Shown one piece after another: positions 9,694 through 18,014 of a stretch of DNA of 64,000 nucleotides. Origin of the DNA: Candidatus Micrarchaeota archaeon (GTDB taxonomy: Archaea > Micrarchaeota > Micrarchaeia > Micrarchaeales > CABMGC01); contig JAKAVK010000022.1 of NCBI GenBank assembly GCA_021817325.1, forward strand, positions 1,077 to 65,076, given 5' to 3'. The position numbers and the translations under genes are program-made. Below the pieces are notes generated by a model. It was given only the letters and a program-made list of their open reading frames with translations. It was not told where the DNA came from and ran no database searches. Positions within the stretch are counted from its first letter, which is position 1. The number at the start of each line of letters is the position of its first letter.

Positions 9694-11007
9694 ATGGTCT
9701 ACAAGATAGGCATGGGCACAGCGATGGCGCTGTGCCTGAGTGCTGTAATCGGTGACACGCTCTTTGTCATAACAGGGGTTCCTATAGCACAGGCGGGCTC
9801 TGATTCCATTATCGCATTTATAGTGGTAGGGATACTCACAATCGTAATCGCGCTCCAGTTCGGTGAGCTGGGCTCTATGATGCCCGGGCAGAAGGGAGTC
9901 GGATACTCGTATATCACAAGGGCCTTTGGCTCGGAGCTGGGATTCATAGCCGGAATACTGCTCTTCATAAGCTTCTGCGCAATAGCAGCCGCGATAACAT
10001 TCAGTTTCGGTGGCTATCTCCTCTCCATGCTCGGGCTGCAGGGTCAGCTGCAGCAGATAGCTGTTGCCGCGATGCTGATCCTGATCATATCCGTATTGAA
10101 CATGTACGGGATAAGGGAGGCTGCTGCACTGAGCAAACCACTTATAGCGATCACGCTTCTGGCTGCAGCCGTGTTCGTGGCCTATGCCATCGCCTACAAC
10201 ATGCAGCATGATCACCTGGCTTCCAATTTCGTCAACCTTGCGACACAGAATGGCATCCCGCCGTTCGTGCAGGCAGCCACCACTATCGTATTCGCATACA
10301 CCGGCTTCCAGATGGTGACCACGTTTACCAACAACATAAAGGGGAAGGGGAGAAAGATGGCCAAGGTGCTGCTATATTCCATCGCCCTGGGCATGATCGC
10401 GTATCTTGCCGTTGATGTAGGCCTACTCGCGCTCGTGCCTGCAAGGAATTCGGTAATCTCCTCGCAGCCGCTGCTTTACGCACTAGAATACGCCTCGGCT
10501 CCTGAATATGTGATAGTAGTAGTTGGGGTTGGTACGCTGATAGCGATAGCCGCAGCCACAATCGCCACGATATACGGGGCATCAAGACTAATCTACCAAA
10601 TAGGCGTTGATGGGCTGTTGCCCCGCGTGGCTACGATATACGACAAGAGGGATGATGTGGCGGTAGGAGGCGTCTGGATATCGATGATTGTCTCTATTCT
10701 CATGCTCTTCTCTGGAAACCTCTACCAGATAGTATCGATAAGCAACTTCGGCATAATCTTCTCATGGATAATGGTGTGCGCATCGGTAATAAGCCTCAGG
10801 AGGCGCAGGTCCAGGGGTACATTCAGCGCCCCACTGTATCCTGTACTTCCTGTGATAGGCATTGTGTCGTGCATGATATTCCTGCTCGGACTTCCCAGAG
10901 AAAGCCTTGCAATAGGCATATCAATAATACTGGCACTTCTTATCATATTCTACACGATAGTTGAGATCAGGTACAGGGAGGTCTCCAGGATCAAGCTGTT
11001 TGACTGA
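9694..11007 (+). CDS. APC-superfamily amino acid/polyamine permease
   Basis: Trimmed from track ORF 9607 to ATG 9694. About 12 hydrophobic segments. The N-terminal 'AVIGDTLFVITGVPIAQAG' resembles the APC signature region. It is divergent from the polyamine gene pair. Confidence 0.72.
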   Translation: MVYKIGMGTAMALCLSAVIGDTLFVITGVPIAQAGSDSIIAFIVVGILTIVIALQFGELGSMMPGQKGVGYSYITRAFGSELGFIAGILLFISFCAIAAAITFSFGGYLLSMLGLQGQLQQIAVAAMLILIISVLNMYGIREAAALSKPLIAITLLAAAVFVAYAIAYNMQHDHLASNFVNLATQNGIPPFVQAATTIVFAYTGFQMVTTFTNNIKGKGRKMAKVLLYSIALGMIAYLAVDVGLLALVPARNSVISSQPLLYALEYASAPEYVIVVVGVGTLIAIAAATIATIYGASRLIYQIGVDGLLPRVATIYDKRDDVAVGGVWISMIVSILMLFSGNLYQIVSISNFGIIFSWIMVCASVISLRRRRSRGTFSAPLYPVLPVIGIVSCMIFLLGLPRESLAIGISIILALLIIFYTIVEIRYREVSRIKLFD

Positions 11008-11063
11008 CAGGCAGGAAAACCATGGGATGGCAAGATCGGCAGGAGGTTGCGCGTGCAGTCGCT

Positions 11064-12269
11064 TCATTGCCGCACTTCAAGCTTTACACGGCTTACCAGT
11101 ATGCTAGCGATCACGTTGGTGAATATTATCACAAGGAAGCAGATGTAGAATATCTGGTTGAAGTAATTGCCACCCAGTGAGAATAGTATTGCGGCAAGGA
11201 CTGCAACCACTGTTCCGCGCTGCATAAGCGAGAAAGCCATGTTCCTGTAGACCCGCTCCTTGCCAATGATGAAGTATACCTCCAAATACCTCATTACGAG
11301 AAGGCTCGCAGTGACTATCGCCGCATATATCATGTACTGTATAGAGAGCAGGGCTATCATGCCTATGAAGACAAAGAAGAAGGTTATTATTAGGAACTCG
11401 AGGTCGCGCTCCACGGCGTGGGTTTCTCTGCGCTCCTTCTTGTTTATCTCTATTTTCAGCCCGAGCCGCTCGGCTATGGCCTTGTAATTACCTATGATTA
11501 TGGCAAATATCAGCACCGATATGGCAGCGGCGCCGTTGAAGAGATCTACTACGCCGTATAGCAGTATCGCAACCGCAAGGCCTGCCAGGTACTCCCGTGC
11601 GCCCCTTATGTAACTCTGCATCATGAGCCAGAGTATGCCGGCGATCAGGCCTAGTGCTATCGCAACGCTGACATAGTCGACCGTAAAGTTTGCGAATGTG
11701 CTCATTGTGAGTGGCTGTCCATTTGTGAAGGAGAGCAGCAGAGTGAAGAAGAGTATAGCGAAGACGGAGTTCAGCGTGGTCTCCATGAAGAGTGGGACAT
11801 ACAGTTCATCTGGTATCCTTATCTTCCTGATCAGCGGGACTACTATCACAGTTGATGTCTCTCCCAGAATCGCGCCAAGTATGGCGCCGTAGATTGGTGG
11901 CCAGCCGAACGCCATCATAACTATTGCCAGTATCACCATCGACAGGAATACATCTAGGAACCCGAGTGATATGCCCTGCCTGTCGTGCAAAAGCTTCTGG
12001 TTCAGGACTATGGTCTTGCCGCCGTTGTACATTATCACTACAAGCGCTATGTCGCCGAATATGCCCGCGATGGAACGCAGCGCGGTCACATAGCTAGCTG
12101 GGAGAAGATGGCCTGCCGGACCAAGCAACACACCGATTAGGATCAGAATCAGCGCCTCTGGTATCTTCGTGCGCCTGAATATCGCCTTTCCCACGTATCC
12201 TATTATTATTATGAGCGCGATTGCGATAAGTATAGGTATTGATGACAAATCTGCCTGAAGTAGGTACAT
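11064..12269 (-). CDS. cation:proton antiporter (Na+/H+ exchanger family-like)
   Basis: A polytopic 401-aa protein. 'ALILILIGVLLGP' and 'IALVVIMYNGGKT' resemble conserved TM motifs of the CPA family, judged from memory. Confidence 0.6.
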   Translation of the reverse strand: MYLLQADLSSIPILIAIALIIIIGYVGKAIFRRTKIPEALILILIGVLLGPAGHLLPASYVTALRSIAGIFGDIALVVIMYNGGKTIVLNQKLLHDRQGISLGFLDVFLSMVILAIVMMAFGWPPIYGAILGAILGETSTVIVVPLIRKIRIPDELYVPLFMETTLNSVFAILFFTLLLSFTNGQPLTMSTFANFTVDYVSVAIALGLIAGILWLMMQSYIRGAREYLAGLAVAILLYGVVDLFNGAAAISVLIFAIIIGNYKAIAERLGLKIEINKKERRETHAVERDLEFLIITFFFVFIGMIALLSIQYMIYAAIVTASLLVMRYLEVYFIIGKERVYRNMAFSLMQRGTVVAVLAAILFSLGGNYFNQIFYICFLVIIFTNVIASILVSRVKLEVRQ

Positions 12270-12425
12270 CCTAGCATCCCGGGCTCTGAGATGTGATTAG
12301 AACTAAAGATTTATAACTCTCAGTAAAACATTGCAGCATCGGATATCTGGAGATCGACAGTGGCTTGAAGTACAAGCGCTGTTATTTGTGGAAAGTCGTA
12401 TATATTTGAAGTTACAATATATATT

Positions 12426-12917
12426 ATGGGTGATGAAATGGTACAGTTTCTTGAGGGCAGGAAGCGTGGACGGAGGCTGTTGCCTGGGAATAAGAGGGAA
12501 CAGCAGCTTAACGCAGCAGGGTACGCGGCGCGCACTGACGAGGCCAGGCTTAGGCTATATGGAGCGTTCAAGGGGGAGCTGCATGGCAGCACCCCGCATG
12601 AGAGCGAACTGGGAATAGAGGATGCCGTAAAGCTGGTTAATCGCAGCAAGGCCAGGTTTGTCTGGCTGGGCGTGGAGTCGGCAGAGTATGTGGGCAGAAT
12701 ACTGAACGTTGGCAGGGATAAGGTGATAAAGATGGACCCGGATGAATTGTACGGTGCGGACAGAGCGCTTCTCTATGGACTGTATGGCCATGTACTTGTC
12801 TGCTACAATGGCAATCTCTCGGGCTACCTCTCCGACTTCCTTAAGGCGGAATACGACATAGAGACATACAACCTGAAGGGAGGAATCCTTAGGGCAAGCC
12901 TGGTCGTTGTTTATTAG
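12426..12917 (+). CDS. rhodanese-like domain protein (paralog A)
   Basis: The C-terminal ~100 aa 'FVWLGVESAEYVGRIL...HVLVCYNGNLSGYLSDFLKAEYDIETYNLKGGI' has a Cys-containing loop (CYNGNLS) in rhodanese active-site position. It is paralogous to 16463..16807 and to the C-terminus of 61503..62354. Confidence 0.6.
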   Translation: MGDEMVQFLEGRKRGRRLLPGNKREQQLNAAGYAARTDEARLRLYGAFKGELHGSTPHESELGIEDAVKLVNRSKARFVWLGVESAEYVGRILNVGRDKVIKMDPDELYGADRALLYGLYGHVLVCYNGNLSGYLSDFLKAEYDIETYNLKGGILRASLVVVY

Positions 12918-12944
12918 CGCAAGGGCATGGCGCTGGCGGCGGCT

Positions 12945-13817
12945 CTACAGCAGCAGCGATAGCACCATGAGACCGCCTATCCAGAATGAGAAGTTGCTGA
13001 CCTGAGCTGCGGCATCACGCGGCGTGCGCCTGACTATCTTCCTGTTCAGCTTTATTGCGAGCGGTATCGTTGCGAGCATTATCGGGATCGAGAATAGCGG
13101 GAGCATCCCAATGAATGGCATAGCGATCAGGAAGAGATATATCAGGCCCAGCATAGAGCTGAAGAGCAGTTTCGATCTGGCGGGACCGAGCCTTGATGCT
13201 AGCGTCCTCATGCCGGCTGCAGAGTCCTTCTTTATGTCCCTTATGTTGTTGGCCAGCAGCACAAGCACTATGAGTATGCTGATCGGCATTGCAAAGATCA
13301 CCGGCCTGTATGAGAAGCTGCCGGTCTGGAGCAGATACGCGCCCTCCACCACAAGTATGCCGTAGGTCAGGAAGACCAGGAACTCGCCTGCGCCTATCGC
13401 CTTGGCGCTCTTTTTTGGTGCTGAATATAGGAGCGTTATCATTATGCCGGCTATACCGAGCGGTATTACGATCGGAGTATATCTTATAGACAGATATATG
13501 CCGCACATGATCGCGATCGCGATCAGGGCGAAGAAGACGCGCCACTCCTGGGCGGCGGTCGCCTTTTTGGATACTAATAGATATCCGCGCTCTGCAAGCT
13601 CCCTATCTTCCGGCCTGTCGGCCCCATTCTTGAAGTCGTATATGTCATTGGCCACATTGGAGGCCAGGTTTATCATTGTGACCCCTATGGCGGCCACCGC
13701 AAATGCGGCTGCATCAAAGCTGGGCCACGCTGCAAGCGAGCCCATCGCGACCGCAAATACGTTCAGCGGGGTGCTCCATATTCTTACCATCTGGAAGAAG
13801 TCCTTGGGACTGAGCAC
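12945..13817 (-). CDS. UbiA-family prenyltransferase, MenA-like
   Basis: About 8-9 TM segments. The Asp-rich motif 'NVANDIYDFKNGADRPED' fits N-D-x-x-D-x-x-x-G-x-D. Confidence 0.72.
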   Translation of the reverse strand: MLSPKDFFQMVRIWSTPLNVFAVAMGSLAAWPSFDAAAFAVAAIGVTMINLASNVANDIYDFKNGADRPEDRELAERGYLLVSKKATAAQEWRVFFALIAIAIMCGIYLSIRYTPIVIPLGIAGIMITLLYSAPKKSAKAIGAGEFLVFLTYGILVVEGAYLLQTGSFSYRPVIFAMPISILIVLVLLANNIRDIKKDSAAGMRTLASRLGPARSKLLFSSMLGLIYLFLIAMPFIGMLPLFSIPIMLATIPLAIKLNRKIVRRTPRDAAAQVSNFSFWIGGLMVLSLLL

Positions 13818-13919
13818 AGATGTAACTATATCTCCATTATAATAATCCTTTCTGCTCGCCTTCGCAATCGCTCTGCCCTCTCCGGGGGGCTTTATAAGAT
13901 TGGTATGTAAAGGTAAAGC

Positions 13920-14765
13920 ATGGGCACTTTGCGCAGGTATGCAAGCCTGATGCAGTTCAAGATAGTGTCTCTTCTCGCCTTCTCTACAATTGCTGGTTTT
14001 GCTATTGCAAGGCCTTACGGCGCGCTGCTCCTGAAGAGCCTTGTGCTGGCCACCATAGGAGTTATACTAGCGTCAGCAGGTGCGGAGGTCATGAACAAGC
14101 TGCTTGAGAGGGATATAGACAGGAAGATGGAGAGGACTAGGAGGAGACCTTCGGTCAGAGGATTGATTGGAGTACGCGCTGGCCTTTTGCTTGGACTGGG
14201 GCTTGTGGGGACAGGGATCGTCCTTGGCTACTTGGTCAATCAGCTGGCAGCGCTGATGATCCTCTCTGGGGCGGTTTTCTACATCCTCGTATATACTCTG
14301 ATACTCAAGAGACGGAGCAGATTTAGCGTTCTGATAGGAGGATTTGCCGGCAGCTTCTGCGTCTGGACCGGGGTCGCTGCAGCTGCAGGTACGATTACCG
14401 TGCCGGGCCTCATCCTCGGCCTGCTTGTACTTCTCTGGATACCTGGACACATATGGTCCCTTGCGCTCAGGCACAGGGATGATTACCGCAGGGCAGGGGT
14501 TCCGATGTTCACTGCGGTAGAAAGCGAACGGACAGGCACGCTGACGATAGCCTTATTCAACGTGCTGATGGCGCTGGTCACCATCTCCCTTGTACCTTTC
14601 CTTGGGATATATTATGCCGCAATAATTGTGATCCCGCTGCTGCTGGTTCTCTACCTGAGTGTAAAGGTGGTCCTTGACAGCTCAAAGGTCTGGTCGGTCT
14701 TCAAGCTCTCCTCCCCCTATCTTGCATTCGTCTTCATTGCAGTAATCGTGGCGACATTTGCTTGA
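13920..14765 (+). CDS. ctaB: protoheme IX farnesyltransferase (heme O synthase)
   Basis: 'AEVMNKLLERDIDRKMERTRRRP' is the CtaB/CyoE form of the UbiA Asp-rich motif. The protein is polytopic. Confidence 0.8.
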   Translation: MGTLRRYASLMQFKIVSLLAFSTIAGFAIARPYGALLLKSLVLATIGVILASAGAEVMNKLLERDIDRKMERTRRRPSVRGLIGVRAGLLLGLGLVGTGIVLGYLVNQLAALMILSGAVFYILVYTLILKRRSRFSVLIGGFAGSFCVWTGVAAAAGTITVPGLILGLLVLLWIPGHIWSLALRHRDDYRRAGVPMFTAVESERTGTLTIALFNVLMALVTISLVPFLGIYYAAIIVIPLLLVLYLSVKVVLDSSKVWSVFKLSSPYLAFVFIAVIVATFA

Positions 14766-16350
14766 TGTTATCTCTGGCAGTCCCTATTGGATTATCCCTG
14801 CCCTTCCTCACGATGAGCATCGCCTTTATTACGACCACAGACATTAGGAGCAGGCCTATGGCAAATATCCAACCCCAGAAGGTCGTTCCAGCGATGCTGC
14901 CGGAGCTGTTGAGCGAGCCGGGGTCGAAGAACGCGTATATGTACCCAGTTATCAGCGCGAACACGGTGACTGCTATTCCTGCGCCTGCCACATTCTTCCT
15001 GATGTTTCTTCTTCCCTCGAAGAAGTCAACAGCGAGAAATGCAAGGGTCACCATAGTTATTGCAAAGAGCGCAAAGTACTGCAGGTTGCCGAAGACCACG
15101 TCAGGCGGGGCTCCGCTTAGCGTCGCTTCGTGGAACTCGATGTAGAAACCCTCTATCGGGGTTGCTATGTATGCGATTATCCACGTGGCGAGGATCGAGA
15201 GCCTGAGAGGATCCCTCCACGCGGGCCTGTCTCTTAGCTTAGTCAGCATTAGAGGAAGAAGCATTATCATGGCTCCGAGGCTCGCTAGGAACATCGTCGC
15301 GTCATCACTGGCCATGCCGTTGGAAGCGGTGTATGAGATCAGCTGCATCGGCCCGCCAGGGTTGCTTGCAAAGATCAGTGGAGGAGTGAATGCTGCGAAT
15401 GCCTCGAATAGGAAGACTATTACCATTATCACAAGCCCAATGATGCTCACCCACATCCCAAACTTTGCAACGCTTCTCCTGATTCCCTTAAGGTGCAGGA
15501 CATTGAACCTCTGCGCGGTCGCTGCTACGGTTCCGAGTATTAGCGCCATGCCTATGACATGAGAATGCGAGCCTATCAGTGCGGTGAAGAATGCGTCGGC
15601 ACCACCAAGCCATGCCTCATACCCGTTCAGGAATGCAGGTGCGGCTATGAAGACGTGGTGTGGGTTTATCCAGAGGGCTATGAAACCCATTATTCCGGCT
15701 ATGAAAGCCACAGCGACCGCAGTGATCACCATGAAGTACGCGGAATCCATCTTCCTGAAATCGCTCCACGTTGGAAGCTGGTTGCGCTTTGGGAACATGC
15801 CCATCACGTTGTCATTTGGCTCGTACCTGCCGGATAGCTTTGCTGGAAGCAGATAGAGCTCTACCAAGAGGGCCCCACCCACATCTGCGAGGAGCAGGAG
15901 TGCTACGAACATTATTATGTCGACGATTGGCGCAGTAGCAGCGTTGAATGCAGGGGAGAGATAGAAGAGCGCTCCGACCGCGCCGATAATAGTCGACAGC
16001 ATCGCCCTGTAAGCTATTGGAAAGTCTATATTAGGCTCGTATTGGTCGATATGGAATGCCATTATTACAAAGTACACCAACAGCGCTGCTATGCCTATCC
16101 CTATAGAGTGGAAGAACATGTCTGAAGGGCCGAATGCGAAGGAGGGCGGAATGCTGCCTCTCGCGTTAGGTATCGCACCGAGGAGAAACCAGAGTATTGA
16201 CATTATTCCGGTAATCAGCAGCGTTATCCAGACGTATGTGCGCATCGAGTGCTTGTAGCCTTTGTGCGGCGCATTATACCTGTTCGGCTTCACATCGCTC
16301 TTGCCGTAAAGGTCGAGATACCTGAATTTGACGTCCCCATGCCCGGCCAT
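14734..16350 (-). CDS. large polytopic membrane protein, unknown function (His-motif rich)
   Basis: A 538-aa track ORF with at least 12 hydrophobic segments. Intramembrane His motifs are 'FFHSIG', 'AFHIDQ', 'WINPHHVF', 'GSHSHVIG' and 'EFHEAT'. Its 3' end overlaps ctaB convergently by 32 nt. Confidence 0.6.
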   Translation of the reverse strand: MAGHGDVKFRYLDLYGKSDVKPNRYNAPHKGYKHSMRTYVWITLLITGIMSILWFLLGAIPNARGSIPPSFAFGPSDMFFHSIGIGIAALLVYFVIMAFHIDQYEPNIDFPIAYRAMLSTIIGAVGALFYLSPAFNAATAPIVDIIMFVALLLLADVGGALLVELYLLPAKLSGRYEPNDNVMGMFPKRNQLPTWSDFRKMDSAYFMVITAVAVAFIAGIMGFIALWINPHHVFIAAPAFLNGYEAWLGGADAFFTALIGSHSHVIGMALILGTVAATAQRFNVLHLKGIRRSVAKFGMWVSIIGLVIMVIVFLFEAFAAFTPPLIFASNPGGPMQLISYTASNGMASDDATMFLASLGAMIMLLPLMLTKLRDRPAWRDPLRLSILATWIIAYIATPIEGFYIEFHEATLSGAPPDVVFGNLQYFALFAITMVTLAFLAVDFFEGRRNIRKNVAGAGIAVTVFALITGYIYAFFDPGSLNSSGSIAGTTFWGWIFAIGLLLMSVVVIKAMLIVRKGRDNPIGTARDNIKQMSPRLLQ

Positions 16351-16462
16351 CCATTCATCCCGTTTTTACACACGTATTAGAAGAATATATATCTTTATGA
16401 TATCAGAATAGATAGTATACGGGCGGCTGAGGCCGCAGATTGCAGCGCGCACAAGACCGCCC

Positions 16463-16807
16463 GTGCGGATGATGCCCATGGACAACAAAAATGTGGATGA
16501 AGTGACGTTCGAGGAAGCGCTTGGCATGGCAAGCGGGAGGCAGGCGAAGCTGGTATGGATAGGCAGGGAACCTGTCGAATATATAAGAGGGCTCCTGGAC
16601 CTTAAAGAGGAGATGATGACAGGCATTGATCCGCATGCGCTGATGGCGATGGAGAAGGAGGAAGCGGAAAGGCTGAAGGGGAGCGTCTTTGTCTGCTACC
16701 ATGGGAACAGCTCCAGGGCAGCTGCAAAGATACTGAAGGACAAGTTTGGCGTGGAGTCATACAGTATGAAAGGAGGAGTCACTGCGATTGTTGGGGAGAT
16801 CTTTTAG
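16463..16807 (+). CDS. rhodanese-like domain protein (paralog B)
   Basis: 'LVWIGREPVEYIRGLL...SVFVCYHGNSSRAAAKILKDKFGVESYSMKGGV'. GTG at 16463; ATG at 16469 is an alternative start. Confidence 0.6.
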   Translation: MRMMPMDNKNVDEVTFEEALGMASGRQAKLVWIGREPVEYIRGLLDLKEEMMTGIDPHALMAMEKEEAERLKGSVFVCYHGNSSRAAAKILKDKFGVESYSMKGGVTAIVGEIF

Positions 16808-16880
16808 CGCATTGACATACTCATGCTTCGATCCAACCTCGTAGGAAACGGTTTTAAGGGATGAAAGCCTTACTATCATC

Positions 16881-17795
16881 ATGCGCAGGGCTAAGGTTTA
16901 CATCGGAGTAGATATCGGAAAGACGAAGATCGCAGCTGGGCTCGTAAGGGATGGGGCTGTTATGCAGAAGAGCACAATAAAGACTGCTTATAGAGAGGGA
17001 TTTGACAAGGTATATGAGCAGACCACAAATACCGTCTCGAAGCTGGTTGAACGCGCGGGCAGGTATGGAGAGCTCTCCGGCATAGGGATAGCTATGTTCG
17101 GCATCGTTGATTCTGCAAGAGGCTTGTTGGTTGCAAGCAGCCTGACCACAGAAAGGCGTAATATTAAACTACAGGCCATGTTCGAGGAGAGGTTTGGCAA
17201 AACCGTAATCTTAAGCAATGATGTATCTGCAGAGGCGATAGGAGAGCACTTTTACGGAGCCGGAAAGGGTGTTGACAACTCCGTCTTTGTAGCAATCGGG
17301 ACCGGGATGGGGACCGGCATAGTTATAAATAACAGGCCGTTTCACGGCTCGCACATGCTTGCAGGACAAACAGGATGGGCAGGCTTCCTAGACACAAGCC
17401 GCACATGGGAGGATTATACATCAGGCAGCGGCATAGCCAGACGGGCAGCAAAGCTTATCGGCACCGGCGTGTCTGCGCAGAAGGTATTCGAATACGAGGC
17501 GCGGGGGGATCCTAGGGCAGCCGCCATAGTTGATGATGCTGTCCGTCATGCGGCCACGCACTTGGTCATGCTGCAGCGTACGCTGGACCCGGAAGTCATC
17601 GTCCTGGGCGGCGGAGTCATATCAAGACAGCATGCATACTTTGAGCGCATAGTGAACGAGGCTTCAGGGCTTAACGGCCTTTATAGGGCCGTCGCCGCAG
17701 ACACGATCAGGATAAAGAGAGCGGAGCTGGGGGAGAAGGCAGGGCTCGTTGGAGCAACGAAGTATGTGGAATTGTCCCTTGTAGGTAATATTTAA
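16881..17795 (+). CDS. ROK-family sugar kinase (glucokinase-like)
   Basis: It has an N-terminal 'YIGVDIGKTKIAAGLV' (actin-fold ATPase phosphate-1) and the ROK signature region 'VAIGTGMGTGIVINNRPFHGSHMLAGQTGW'. Confidence 0.75.
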   Translation: MRRAKVYIGVDIGKTKIAAGLVRDGAVMQKSTIKTAYREGFDKVYEQTTNTVSKLVERAGRYGELSGIGIAMFGIVDSARGLLVASSLTTERRNIKLQAMFEERFGKTVILSNDVSAEAIGEHFYGAGKGVDNSVFVAIGTGMGTGIVINNRPFHGSHMLAGQTGWAGFLDTSRTWEDYTSGSGIARRAAKLIGTGVSAQKVFEYEARGDPRAAAIVDDAVRHAATHLVMLQRTLDPEVIVLGGGVISRQHAYFERIVNEASGLNGLYRAVAADTIRIKRAELGEKAGLVGATKYVELSLVGNI

Positions 17796-18014
17796 ATACC
17801 AGTATTGAGTTAAGATTCTTGTTAACTGGCGTGATTATGAATAGCAGGCGATCTCTGATCCAGGTACCGCACGTCATAGTTAGCATGCTTATTTTGCAGA
17901 TGTTGTGGTTTATACAGTATGTAGGTATAGTACCTGCATAATGACGCACACATAAAAGCTCTTTTTGTTGGTCGTTATGCAAATACAAAACCTTAATGGT
18001 CGGTGCGTTTTGAC

